DNA from: an uncultured Actinomycetes bacterium | GTDB taxonomy: Bacteria > Actinomycetota > Coriobacteriia > Anaerosomatales > PHET01 | Assembly: GCA_947085035.1 (NCBI GenBank) | Contig: CAMTUW010000007.1 | Coordinates: forward strand, 89,960 to 153,959 | Direction of reading: 5' to 3' | Length of the DNA stretch: 64,000 nt | Shown: positions 35,669 to 46,202 of the stretch, piece by piece | How the letters are laid out: each line of letters starts with the position of its first letter | How positions within the stretch are numbered: position 1 is the stretch's first letter | Program-made: the position numbers and the translations under genes | The notes under the pieces: generated by a model | Database searches by the model: none | The model's input: only the letters and a program-made list of their open reading frames with translations | What the model was told of the DNA's origin: nothing

Positions 35669-37876
35669 CTATCGGCCACTCCTCTTCTGTGTGGTTTCAC
35701 CGGGCAACATGCGCCGCGCGTCGAACACGCCGTTGACCGCCCGCACGTCACGCAGTAGCGCGTCCAGGCGCCCCATCTCTCCGATCTCGAAGAGGAAACG
35801 CATGTCCACGATTCCGTCTTTGTGGGTGGCGGTCGAGGAGGACAGGATGTTGACGCCTGATTCCGCGATCGCCATGGTGACCTCTTGGAGCAGGCGCAAC
35901 CGATCGAGAGCCTCGACGTAGATCTCCACCTGATAGGTGGCCTTGCTCCCCTCGTCCCACCCGACCTCGATCATCCGCTCCGGGGATGCCTTCAGATCTC
36001 CCGCATTGGGGCAGCTCGCGCGGTGCACCGACACCCCGCGCCCTCGAGTCACGAACCCGATGATGGCATCGCCCGGCACCGGGTTGCAGCACCGCGACAA
36101 CCTCACCAGCACGTCGTCGATGCCCTTGACAACGACGCCGCCGCCCGTCTTTCGGCGCGCTCTGCGCGGAGCGAGCATGGGCTGGTTCAGCGGCAGCGGC
36201 TCCTCCACGGGTTTGGGCGGAAGCGCCGATTCCGGACAGGTGCCGTCCTTGCTCATTCGCCTCAACAGCCGCGTGCCCACCAGCTTCGCCGAGAGCTTGC
36301 TCGCACCGATCTGCGCGAAGAGGTCCTCTCCCCGGGTGTAGTTCATCTCGACGGCCACTGCGTCGAGCGCCTTTTCCGCAGTCTTGTTGCCAATGCCCAC
36401 GCCGTGCTTGCGCATCACTTTCGCGAGCTCATCGCGGCCCCGCTGCACATCGTCGACCCGACTCGCCTTCGCGAAATAGTTGCGGATCTTGCTTCTCGCC
36501 GAGGAGGTCTTGACGATGTTGAGCCAGTCGCGACTGGGGTTCGAGTTCTTGTTCGTCAGGATGTCGACTCGGTCACCCATCTGGAGTTCGTACGCGAGAG
36601 GCACGATCGAGCCGTTCACCTTGGCGCCCACGCAGTGATTGCCCACTTCCGTGTGGATCGCGTAGGCGAAATCGATGGGGATCGAACCGCGCTTCAGGGA
36701 GAACACATCGCCTTTCGGAGTGAAGACGAAGACCTCCTCCTCGAACAGGTCGATCTTGAGGGCCTCCATGAACTCTCGCGGGTCTTTGAGCTCGGTCTGC
36801 CACTCAAGCATCTGGCGAAGCCACGCCAACCGCTCGTCGAACGACTCGTCTCCGCGCAGCCCCTCCTTGTAGCGCCAGTGGGCGGCCACCCCGTACTCGG
36901 CGGTGCGATGCATCTCCTCGGTACGGATCTGGATCTCGAGAGGCCGCCCCGCAGGCCCGATGACGGTGGTGTGGAGCGACTGATACATGTTGAACTTGGG
37001 CATCGCGACGTAGTCTTTGAAGCGGCCCGGCACAGGCATCCAGATGCTGTGGACCGTACCCAGCGCCCCGTAGACGTTTTTGACCGAATCCACGATCACC
37101 CGCAGCGCGATGAGGTCGTAGATCTCGCTGAAGTCCTTACCTTTGCCAACCATCTTCTGGTAGATGCTGTAGAGGTGCTTCGGGCGTCCGCTGATCTCGG
37201 CCTCGATGCCCAACAGCAAGAGCTCGTCGCGCAACTGGTCGATCACGCGCACCGCGTATTCCTCTCGCTGGTCACGGCTCTCGGCGACCATTCGCGACAC
37301 CTGGTGGAACTTAGCGGGGTCCAGGTAGAAGAACGCAAGGTCCTCAAGCTCCCACTTCACCTGCGAGATACCCAGGCGATGCGCCAGCGGGGCATAGATC
37401 TCAATCGTCTCGCGAGCCTTGTCGATGCGCCGCTCGGGTGGCAGAGCCGAAAGCGTGCGCATGTTGTGCAGACGGTCGGCCAGCTTGATGAGGATGACCC
37501 GGATGTCCTTGGCCATCGCGATGAGCATCTTGCGCAGATTGTTGCTCTGCTGTTCGGACTGCGACTCGAACTCGATGCGCCCGAGTTTGGTCACTCCGTC
37601 CACCAGATCGGCGACTTCATCGCCAAAACCCACTCTGACCTCTTCGAGTGTGACCGAGGAGTCCTCGACGGTGTCGTGCAGGAGAGCTGCCTTGAGCGTC
37701 GCTGTGTCCAGGTGAAGCTCGGCCAGGATGAGGGCCACCTCGAGCGGATGATTCAAGAACGGTTCGCCGCTCTTGCGAGTCTGGCCCGAATGCGCACCCT
37801 GCGCGAAATCGTAGGCCTCATCGAGGCCCGTGAGGTCGGCCTCAGGGTTGTAGGCCCTGATCTTGTCCTCGATCAT
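35669..37876 (-). CDS. relA: Bifunctional (p)ppGpp synthetase/hydrolase (RSH)
   Basis: HD domain 'HPLEVA.ILAEL..D..T..AALLHD.VED', synthetase 'YRSLHT'-type 'YQSLHTTVIGP.G.PLEIQIRT..MH', a TGS domain 'VFTPKGD' and a C-terminal ACT domain. The start is the ATG at 37876 or the GTG at 37894. The ORF track extends to 37993. Confidence 0.95.
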   Translation of the reverse strand: MIEDKIRAYNPEADLTGLDEAYDFAQGAHSGQTRKSGEPFLNHPLEVALILAELHLDTATLKAALLHDTVEDSSVTLEEVRVGFGDEVADLVDGVTKLGRIEFESQSEQQSNNLRKMLIAMAKDIRVILIKLADRLHNMRTLSALPPERRIDKARETIEIYAPLAHRLGISQVKWELEDLAFFYLDPAKFHQVSRMVAESRDQREEYAVRVIDQLRDELLLLGIEAEISGRPKHLYSIYQKMVGKGKDFSEIYDLIALRVIVDSVKNVYGALGTVHSIWMPVPGRFKDYVAMPKFNMYQSLHTTVIGPAGRPLEIQIRTEEMHRTAEYGVAAHWRYKEGLRGDESFDERLAWLRQMLEWQTELKDPREFMEALKIDLFEEEVFVFTPKGDVFSLKRGSIPIDFAYAIHTEVGNHCVGAKVNGSIVPLAYELQMGDRVDILTNKNSNPSRDWLNIVKTSSARSKIRNYFAKASRVDDVQRGRDELAKVMRKHGVGIGNKTAEKALDAVAVEMNYTRGEDLFAQIGASKLSAKLVGTRLLRRMSKDGTCPESALPPKPVEEPLPLNQPMLAPRRARRKTGGGVVVKGIDDVLVRLSRCCNPVPGDAIIGFVTRGRGVSVHRASCPNAGDLKASPERMIEVGWDEGSKATYQVEIYVEALDRLRLLQEVTMAIAESGVNILSSSTATHKDGIVDMRFLFEIGEMGRLDALLRDVRAVNGVFDARRMLPGETTQKRSGR

Positions 37877-38001
37877 CTTCAGGGTTGCTGACACGCGACT
37901 ACCTTTCGGGCGACGCAGACACGGACCACCTACCCGGACACTGACTACAGTGTAGGGGATGGCCGCAGAACAGGTGCTGGGCGGTGCTCTCAATCACCAC
38001 C

Positions 38002-41000
38002 TCAGTCAAGCGGTTGCCCCGGCAGGATCGGCCGGTTGAAGCGCTCAAGCAGCTCTGCGGGCGAAGCGGACAGCACCCACGCACGAAACTCTCGGAACTG
38101 TTCGATCTCGTCGAGTCCTTCGGTGTAGCGCACGCTCTGGGCAAGATCCATGCCCACCGGATCGGGAACGAGCGTGAGTCGCCGATACGCGCCGTGGCCT
38201 TCGCCTGTCACGAACCCGAGTTCACGAAAGACCCCGAGCGCGTGCGAGACCCCTCTCTCGTCGAGTCGGCATCCACGATCGAGGCCCGAGCATCCGGCCG
38301 CGAGTTCGGCATTGGTGACCTCGAAACCCTCACCTTCACGGTGAGCTATACCTCTGAGCACGCGGTACAGCGTGGCGAGGTCGTCTCTGCTCGGCGCCAG
38401 CGTTGAGAGAATCGCCTCGTTGATGCGCGCATCCTTCTCGCCGAACAGCAGGTTCACTGTTGAGGAGACGCCATCGCGACCCACGCGCCCGGCCATCTGA
38501 TTGAACTCCACGTCGCTGAAGGGCAGGTGATAGAGAACGACATGGCGGATGTCCGGGATGTTGACGCCTTCGCCGAACGCGCTCGTGGCAATGACGACTT
38601 GGACCTCGCCCGAACGAAACGCGCCCTCGACGGCGTGGCGGACGGAACGCGACAGTCCCCCGTTGTAGAACGCGGTCTTCCGAGCGACCTCGGGAACCCG
38701 TTTGCGCAGCATGCGGGCGAGTCGCACCGAGGCGTCTCGCGAGTTCACGTACACCACGATCTTCTCGCCACACTGTGCGAGGCGGCAGAGGAACACATCC
38801 TTGTCATCGGCGCCCCGTCGATCCTCGATCCCGAGGTTGTCTCGAACGGTGGGGTCCAGCACGAACCGCTCGATTCCAAGCGTCTCGCGGATCCTTTCGG
38901 CGACTTCGTCGGATGCGGTCGCGGTGACGGCGAGAACGGTGGGACCGCCAAGCACGTGCAGGGCCTCGCCGAGTCGCGCGTACGCGGGACGGTTCCCGGC
39001 ACGTGCGAGCCCAACGTGGTGCGCCTCGTCAATGACGACGAACCGGACCTTCTTCGTCGCGGCGAAGCGTTTCGCGTGGAAGTGCAGGAACTCGGGTGTG
39101 GTGAGCACGGTGTCGAGCTCACCGGCGGCCAGGGCGGCGAACGCGGTGTCGCGCTCGCCTTGCGAGGTCTCGCCGGTGACGACCGCCACGCTCAGGCCGA
39201 CTTGGGAGAACACCTCGCTCATGTGATACGCCTGATCGGCCACGAGCGCGCGCAAGGGATACACGAAGACGCTCGCCCCTGCGCCGGACAGGGCGAGGCG
39301 TGCCGCGTGCAGGTGAAAGATCAACGACTTGCCGCGCCCCGTCGCCATCACGGTGAGCGTCGAGGTGCCCTCCGCCAGTGCGGCGAGCGCTTCTGTCTGG
39401 GCCGGATGCAAGTGGTGCTCGCCGATGAACGTGGTTCTCAGGGCAGCCTCGAGTGTTTCGGGCGCGAGCAGGGCCATCTCGCTGCGCCTGGCCTCGCGAA
39501 GGGATTCGTTCAAGATCTCCTCGGCCACCGCATCTCGACGGGACACGAGCACGTTGACGCCCAACGAGCGACCTTCGCCGTCTTTCCCGGTCACGTCGCG
39601 GACTTCGACATCGTATTGGACGCCGCTGTCGATCACCGGCGCCAGCACGGCGGCCAGTCGACGGTTGAGAAACCCGATCTGCGCGCCGTGCGGATCGAAC
39701 AGAGCGATCGCGTTCGCGTCATGCGGATTGTCGGGTTGGCGCTCAAGCCGTAGCGGTGCGCCGGAATCGAGCCGCGCGACCTGATCCTGTCGACCCTCGA
39801 ACGTCACCCCCACGAGCTTCGTGTGAAACGACGGCGCGTCCCCGACACCGGCATACTCCTCGCGGACGAGCAACTCGTCAGCCCTCGCGAACAGGTCGTC
39901 GAGAAGCTCGCCAACGACTCCACCCGGAGCCCTCGCATCATCTCGCACAGCCACCTCTCGCACGATCAGCTGCGCCCTCTTGCGACCGCGCCACTGGTCG
40001 ACCTCGAGCTCGAACGCGAGATCGACCGAGGCGTCTTCGGCGGCCAGTCCCTCGATGTCCTTGCACCGAAAAGCGATCGCCGGCACCGTCGCCGCACCGT
40101 CGTAGGCCGTGAATTTCAGGTGGTCGGCGGACCTGCCCACGCGCTGACGCCCGTTCATGAAGACACCTCGCACCGCGAGCAGGGGCCTGCGATTCCCGTG
40201 ACCGAAGGGCTCGAGCAACGCGATCTCGGAGCCCATCTCGACGCTCACCGTGTCGAGGGCGACCTCGGCATCGACGATGAGAGGCACCTCGAACTGTTCA
40301 GCGGGCAACGCGTCAAGTTGCGCGAGCAGCGCCTTGTGAAACGGCTCCAGGTCGGACTCGAGCAGCGTGAGGCCAACGGCTGCCGCGTGCCCGCCGAAAC
40401 GCTCGAGTAGCGCCGCGCACGACTCGACCGCACGGAAGAGGTCAACGCCGCCGACAGAACGACCAGACCCCCGCGCGACACCGTCGGCTATCGAGAAGAC
40501 GATCGTCGGGACGCCGTAGGCGCTCGCGAGTCGAGAGGCGACGATTCCCTTGACGCCCTCGTGCCAACCCTCGCCCGCCACCAGAAGCGCGCGCTCGCCA
40601 TCGTACGTTCGCTCCGCGACCGCTGTTGCGGCCTGGGCTAACTCGGCTTCGACCGCCTGTCTCGCGCTGTTGTGTCCCTCGAGTGCGTCCGCGCACTCCT
40701 GTGCGCGCGCAGGATCGTCGGTCATGAGCAACTCAAGTGCGACTGCGGGATCCGCCATCCTCCCGGCCGCGTTCAGACGAGGCGCGAGCGCGAACGCGAT
40801 CTGGTCGCTCGCGAGAGTGGCGGTGTCGACTCCGGCAACCGCACTGAGCGCACTCAGGCACGCGCGAGGCGATCGGCGCACCAGTGCGATCCCATCGGCG
40901 ACGAGCGCGCGGTTCTCGCCGGTGAGCGCTACGACGTCGGCCACCGTGCCAAGCATCGCGAGGTCCGTGAGCGTGCGCCACACGGATTCATCGCCGGTGA

Positions 41001-41643
41001 GTCGACCGACCGCGTGCACGAGTTTGAGGGCGACTCCGGCCCCGGCGAGGTTGCGCGAGGGGCAGTCCGGATGAAGCTTCGGATTCGCCACCGGCACGCC
41101 CGTCACGACGTCCTCGCCGGGCTCGTGGTGGTCGGTGACCACGACATCGACCCCCCGGGCGAGCAGTCCACTCACCTCACACGCAGCGGAAACACCGCAG
41201 TCGACGGTGACGATCAGTGACGGCGAGAAGATGAGTGCGCGCTTCACCGCGACGTCGGTGAGCCCGTAGCCTTCGCGGAAGCGATGCGGAACCATGACGT
41301 CGACGCACGCGCCCAGCAGCGCGAGCCCGCGCGCGGCGACAGCGGCGGCGCTGACGCCGTCAAGATCGAAATCGCCGAAGACGAGTATCCGCTCGCCCGC
41401 ACGAATCGCGGCGGCGACCCGCTCCGCCGCAGCATCCATCCCGGGAATCACGGACGGATCGAGCCAGTCACGCTCGAGCGTGGGCTCCAGGAACGCCTCA
41501 ACGTCGGCCGCGGTGAGAACCCCCCGCGACACGAGGATGCGCGAAGTGATCGCCGAGAGGCCCAGTTCGGCCGAGATCGCCGATGCTGCGCTCTCGTCGA
41601 ACGGGGCTACCGACCAGGGGTTTCGGGGGCATGCGTTGTTCAT
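38002..41643 (-). CDS. recJ: RecJ (DHH/DHHA1 ssDNA exonuclease) - HIRAN - RecQ-like DEAH helicase fusion protein
   Basis: A single uninterrupted 1213-aa ORF. Residues 1-~568 carry RecJ motifs (DFDLDG, VDCG, TDHH, AGAGVA, GGHAAAVG). Residues ~606-703 look like HIRAN ('LVGVTFEGRQ...QPDNPHDANAIAL...IGFL'). Residues ~735-1075 form an SF2 helicase (Walker A 'ATGRGKS', 'IDEAHH', 'TATA', 'QMAGRVGRDG'). Confidence 0.85.
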   Translation of the reverse strand: MNNACPRNPWSVAPFDESAASAISAELGLSAITSRILVSRGVLTAADVEAFLEPTLERDWLDPSVIPGMDAAAERVAAAIRAGERILVFGDFDLDGVSAAAVAARGLALLGACVDVMVPHRFREGYGLTDVAVKRALIFSPSLIVTVDCGVSAACEVSGLLARGVDVVVTDHHEPGEDVVTGVPVANPKLHPDCPSRNLAGAGVALKLVHAVGRLTGDESVWRTLTDLAMLGTVADVVALTGENRALVADGIALVRRSPRACLSALSAVAGVDTATLASDQIAFALAPRLNAAGRMADPAVALELLMTDDPARAQECADALEGHNSARQAVEAELAQAATAVAERTYDGERALLVAGEGWHEGVKGIVASRLASAYGVPTIVFSIADGVARGSGRSVGGVDLFRAVESCAALLERFGGHAAAVGLTLLESDLEPFHKALLAQLDALPAEQFEVPLIVDAEVALDTVSVEMGSEIALLEPFGHGNRRPLLAVRGVFMNGRQRVGRSADHLKFTAYDGAATVPAIAFRCKDIEGLAAEDASVDLAFELEVDQWRGRKRAQLIVREVAVRDDARAPGGVVGELLDDLFARADELLVREEYAGVGDAPSFHTKLVGVTFEGRQDQVARLDSGAPLRLERQPDNPHDANAIALFDPHGAQIGFLNRRLAAVLAPVIDSGVQYDVEVRDVTGKDGEGRSLGVNVLVSRRDAVAEEILNESLREARRSEMALLAPETLEAALRTTFIGEHHLHPAQTEALAALAEGTSTLTVMATGRGKSLIFHLHAARLALSGAGASVFVYPLRALVADQAYHMSEVFSQVGLSVAVVTGETSQGERDTAFAALAAGELDTVLTTPEFLHFHAKRFAATKKVRFVVIDEAHHVGLARAGNRPAYARLGEALHVLGGPTVLAVTATASDEVAERIRETLGIERFVLDPTVRDNLGIEDRRGADDKDVFLCRLAQCGEKIVVYVNSRDASVRLARMLRKRVPEVARKTAFYNGGLSRSVRHAVEGAFRSGEVQVVIATSAFGEGVNIPDIRHVVLYHLPFSDVEFNQMAGRVGRDGVSSTVNLLFGEKDARINEAILSTLAPSRDDLATLYRVLRGIAHREGEGFEVTNAELAAGCSGLDRGCRLDERGVSHALGVFRELGFVTGEGHGAYRRLTLVPDPVGMDLAQSVRYTEGLDEIEQFREFRAWVLSASPAELLERFNRPILPGQPLD

Positions 41644-41722
41644 CGACCCATCCTAGACGAAGGGACCGACACCGGCGTCCGGCATCGGCCCCTTCGGGAT
41701 TCGAAGTCCCACTGCACCGAAC

Positions 41723-42631
41723 TTAAGCGGCCGCGTACTTCTTGCGCAGCGCCGCGAACTTGGGCTCGGTCTCTTTCCACATCGCGTAGAGCGGAGACGC
41801 AACCCCGATCGTGGAGTACATCCCCACAGTGATGCCGATCGTCAGGGCGAGAGCGAAGTCACGAAGCGTGTCTCCACCCCAGAACAGCATGACCACGACC
41901 GGGATGAGCGACGTGACAGAAGTGTTAACCGAACGCACGATGACCTGGTTGACAGAAGCGTTCGCCATCTGCATGAACGACTGCTTGACGATGTGCTGGC
42001 TGTTCTCCTTGATGCGGTGGAACACCACGACGGTGTCGTAGAGCGAGTACCCGAGAATCGTCAGCACTGCCGCGATGGTGTTGGGGGTGAGCTCATAGCC
42101 GATCAGCGCGTAGATGCCCAGCGTGATCACGATGTCGTGTATGAGCGCGACGACCGATGTGATCGACATCTTGTACTCGAAACGCACCGAGATGTAGAGT
42201 AGGATGGCACCGATCGACAACGCCAAAGCCAGGATCGCCCGGTTTGTGATGTTGGCGCCCCAGCCGGGACCGATCGTGGTCACCCGAAACGACTCGCTCG
42301 GGATGCCGGTCTTGACTGCGACCTTCTCGGCTTGCCCGGCCGCAACCCGAGGGTCCGTCACGTCAGTGCGCACGATGAAGCCCTCTGAGCCCTGGAACTC
42401 GGTGGTTTGGATGTTGGCGCCGGAGACGCCGGCCTCTGTGAATGCAGAGCGCATCTGCTCGATGGAGACTCCGCGTGCGTCCTCGACGTTGATAGCGGTG
42501 CCGCCCTGGAACTCGATGCCGAACGTGAGGCCCTTGATGGCGAGGGCGCCGATCGCGACTACCAGCAGAATCGCCGAGAAGGCGAACATGTACTTTCGGT
42601 TTCCGAGGAATTCGATGGTGGGTCTACGCAT
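41723..42631 (-). CDS. secF: Protein translocase subunit SecF
   Basis: The N-terminus 'IEFLGNRKYMFAFSAILLVVAI', 'GIEFQGGT' and six TM segments. The ATG at 42631 overlaps the secD stop. The ORF track extends to 42676. Confidence 0.9.
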   Translation of the reverse strand: MRRPTIEFLGNRKYMFAFSAILLVVAIGALAIKGLTFGIEFQGGTAINVEDARGVSIEQMRSAFTEAGVSGANIQTTEFQGSEGFIVRTDVTDPRVAAGQAEKVAVKTGIPSESFRVTTIGPGWGANITNRAILALALSIGAILLYISVRFEYKMSITSVVALIHDIVITLGIYALIGYELTPNTIAAVLTILGYSLYDTVVVFHRIKENSQHIVKQSFMQMANASVNQVIVRSVNTSVTSLIPVVVMLFWGGDTLRDFALALTIGITVGMYSTIGVASPLYAMWKETEPKFAALRKKYAAA

Positions 42632-43997
42632 CTGCGACACCCCCCTTCCCAGCAAAGCCAGCGGGCACGGCGGCACGCTCCTTGGGGATTCCCCAGAATC
42701 TGGGAGCCTTGGGCATGAGGTTCTCGGCGAGCAGCATGATCATCGGACGCTTGAAGACGAACATCATGGCAATATCGCACATGATTCCGATCATGAGCGT
42801 GAGCGCAAAGCCCTTCACCGGGCCGATCGCGATGAAGTACAACGCGGAGGCCGAGACGAGCGTCACGAGGTCGGCGTCAACGCTCGTCATGATTCCGTGC
42901 TTAGAGCCCGAGTTGGCCGCCGAGCGAATGGTCTTTCCCGCAGCGATCTCCTCTTTGACGCGCTCGAGTATGAGGATCGACGAGTCTGCAGCCAAACCTA
43001 TGACGAGCACGACACCGGCGATACCCGGCAGCGTGAGAGCGAACACCCCCATCCGAGACATCAGCGCGAGAATACCCATGAACAGGGACGCGAAGGTGAT
43101 CAGCGCTCCCACCGTCACGAGCCCCATGCCGCGATAGAAGACAACGACGTACACGCACACCAGTCCAAGTCCGACAAGCCCCGCGAGCAGTCCGCGACGC
43201 AGGGAGTCCTGCCCCAGGGTCGGGCCAACGGCGCGTGATTCCGATGGCAACAGCGTCACCGGCAGGGCGCCCGCCTCAAGCACTGTCTTGAGGCGCTTGG
43301 CTTCTTCAGCCGTGAATCCACCTGAGATCGCCGTCTGTCCGTCAAGAATGGCCGAGCGGATCGAGGGTGCGGATCTCACGACACCGTCAAGCACGATAGC
43401 GACTCTGCGCCCGATGCTCTTCGACGTGTAATCCCCCCACACCTTGGCCCCCGCCGGATCCATCGACAGAGTGACTTCGATCTCGGCGGTCTGCGGGTTC
43501 TGCGAGACAGCAGCGCTCTTGATCGCGCCACCCGTGAGGGGCACTCCATCAAGCTCGATCGGCCTGTACGTGCCCGGTTTCAGAGTCACGTTCTCCTGAT
43601 TCGCCTCGATGGCGGCGATGGTCCCCGTATCGGAAATCGACCCCACATCGACGAACTCGAGACGCCCGGTCTCGCCTAGAACAGCAAGTGCCTCCTCCGG
43701 ATTACTGACACCCGGAATCTGGATCATCAGCGAGTCATTGCCCGCACGCTGAACCGTCGCCTCCTTGACGCCGAGGCCGTCCACGCGGTTGATGATGATG
43801 AGCTCGGCACGCTCCATGACGGCCGCAGTCACCGCAGTATCGCTCGTTTCTTGCGCGGTGAGGATCACCGAGAGTCCGCCCTGGATGTCGAGACCCTGCG
43901 TGATGCGACTGCCGGGAGGCCAGAACAGCGCCCACGAACCGATCAGAAGTACGACCGTGATGATGAGAAGTAGCACGTTCTGTTGCTTCTGATCCAT
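42624..43997 (-). CDS. secD: Protein translocase subunit SecD
   Basis: 'GLDIQGGLSV', a periplasmic-type P1 domain and a C-terminal six-TM bundle. The ATG at 43997 has a GGAAGG RBS 4 nt after the yajC stop. The ORF track extends to 44123. Confidence 0.9.
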   Translation of the reverse strand: MDQKQQNVLLLIITVVLLIGSWALFWPPGSRITQGLDIQGGLSVILTAQETSDTAVTAAVMERAELIIINRVDGLGVKEATVQRAGNDSLMIQIPGVSNPEEALAVLGETGRLEFVDVGSISDTGTIAAIEANQENVTLKPGTYRPIELDGVPLTGGAIKSAAVSQNPQTAEIEVTLSMDPAGAKVWGDYTSKSIGRRVAIVLDGVVRSAPSIRSAILDGQTAISGGFTAEEAKRLKTVLEAGALPVTLLPSESRAVGPTLGQDSLRRGLLAGLVGLGLVCVYVVVFYRGMGLVTVGALITFASLFMGILALMSRMGVFALTLPGIAGVVLVIGLAADSSILILERVKEEIAAGKTIRSAANSGSKHGIMTSVDADLVTLVSASALYFIAIGPVKGFALTLMIGIMCDIAMMFVFKRPMIMLLAENLMPKAPRFWGIPKERAAVPAGFAGKGGVADA

Positions 43998-44001
43998 GCT
44001 C

Positions 44002-44301
44002 CTACCTTCCGTGCTCGTCGTCTGAGGCCTCTTCGACCACAGCCGCAACGACCACCCGAGCGATGGCCTGCGGGGCGATCTCCATCTCCGCGCCGCCAGC
44101 GACGCGCACGAGCACTCGCTCACCGACCGTCATGAGGACGGCATACACACCGCCGACGGTGACGATCTCATCTCCGGGAGCGAGCGCTTCAATCATCTTC
44201 TTCTGCTCCGCCGCCCGACGTCGCTGTGGGCGAACCAGGGTGAAGTAGAAGATTCCGACCAAGACCGCGAGGAACATCAAATCCGCAGACTGTAGGTTCA
44301 T
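44002..44301 (-). CDS. yajC: Preprotein translocase subunit YajC
   Basis: 'FLAVLVGIFYFTLVRPQRRRAAEQKKMIEALAPGDEIVTVGG' is the canonical YajC pattern. The start is the ATG at 44301. Confidence 0.85.
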   Translation of the reverse strand: MNLQSADLMFLAVLVGIFYFTLVRPQRRRAAEQKKMIEALAPGDEIVTVGGVYAVLMTVGERVLVRVAGGAEMEIAPQAIARVVVAAVVEEASDDEHGR

Positions 44302-44438
44302 GCTGGGGAACCGACCTCTCAAAGCATCCGACGGGAGTGCGTCGTCGAGACGCACCGATTGCCCATCTTACCTGTCGAGCGCTTCGCGCGAAAGCGAGGA
44401 ATTCCACAAACCTTCTACGAAGGTGCTCCCTCCTCGAA

Positions 44439-45599
<1,161 letters not shown>

Positions 45600-45656
45600 C
45601 TAGACTGCTGTTGTAACGAGAACCCCACTGCGACTGTCACCGTCTTACGGAGGACG

Positions 45657-46202
45657 ATGAACTACCCGACAGCCGAGGACCCGGCCCTCGTGGCCGCGGC
45701 CCGGGGCGGCGACATGGACGCGTTCGAGACGTTGGTGCGCCGCCATACCCGCGTCGTCTACGCGCACGCTTTGCGCTTCTTCGGCGACCCGTCCCCGGCT
45801 GAGGATGTGACGCAGGAGGTGTTCGTGAAGGTCTACCGTTCACTCGGAAGCTTCAACGAGCACTCGCGCTTCACCACGTGGCTCTACCGGGTCACCCGCA
45901 ACGCGTGCCTCGACGAGGTGCGCTCCGGAAAGCGTCGACCGATCCCGGTCGACCCGGTTGAAGCGCCTCAGATCGAAGGAGACTTCTCCGATGAGGTCGT
46001 GTTGTCCACAGCCGTCGAGCATGCCATGAGGGGCCTGCCTCCCGAAGACCGCGACGCGCTTTCGGCTATCGCCCTGTTCGGAATGAGTTACGCCGAGGCA
46101 GGAGAGGTGCTCGGTGTTCCAACTGGAACGGTCAAGTCCCGCGTCTTCAGGGCGCGCCGCACGCTTGCGATCACGCTCGATTTCACGGCGGGAGGTGCGT
46201 GA
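45657..46202 (+). CDS. ECF (group 4) RNA polymerase sigma factor
   Basis: Last 181 aa of ORF 44889..46202. Region 2 'VYAHALRFFGDPSPAEDVTQEVFVKVYRSL..F....RFTTWLYRVTRNACLD' and region 4 'SYAEAGEVLGVPTGTVKSRVFRAR'. The start is the ATG at 45657. Confidence 0.88.
   Translation: MNYPTAEDPALVAAARGGDMDAFETLVRRHTRVVYAHALRFFGDPSPAEDVTQEVFVKVYRSLGSFNEHSRFTTWLYRVTRNACLDEVRSGKRRPIPVDPVEAPQIEGDFSDEVVLSTAVEHAMRGLPPEDRDALSAIALFGMSYAEAGEVLGVPTGTVKSRVFRARRTLAITLDFTAGGA

Noticed and set aside
35885-37891. 668-aa plus-strand ORF, the longest unexplained ORF in the track
   Set aside because: It is entirely antisense to the well-supported relA/spoT gene. Its composition is Arg/Leu/His-rich and it has no recognisable motifs. 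This is a typical shadow ORF of a high-GC genome.
38527-39753. 408-aa plus-strand ORF, plus other ORFs antisense to recJ (40550..41832)
   Set aside because: These are shadow ORFs opposite the RecJ-HIRAN-RecQ gene, with no motifs.
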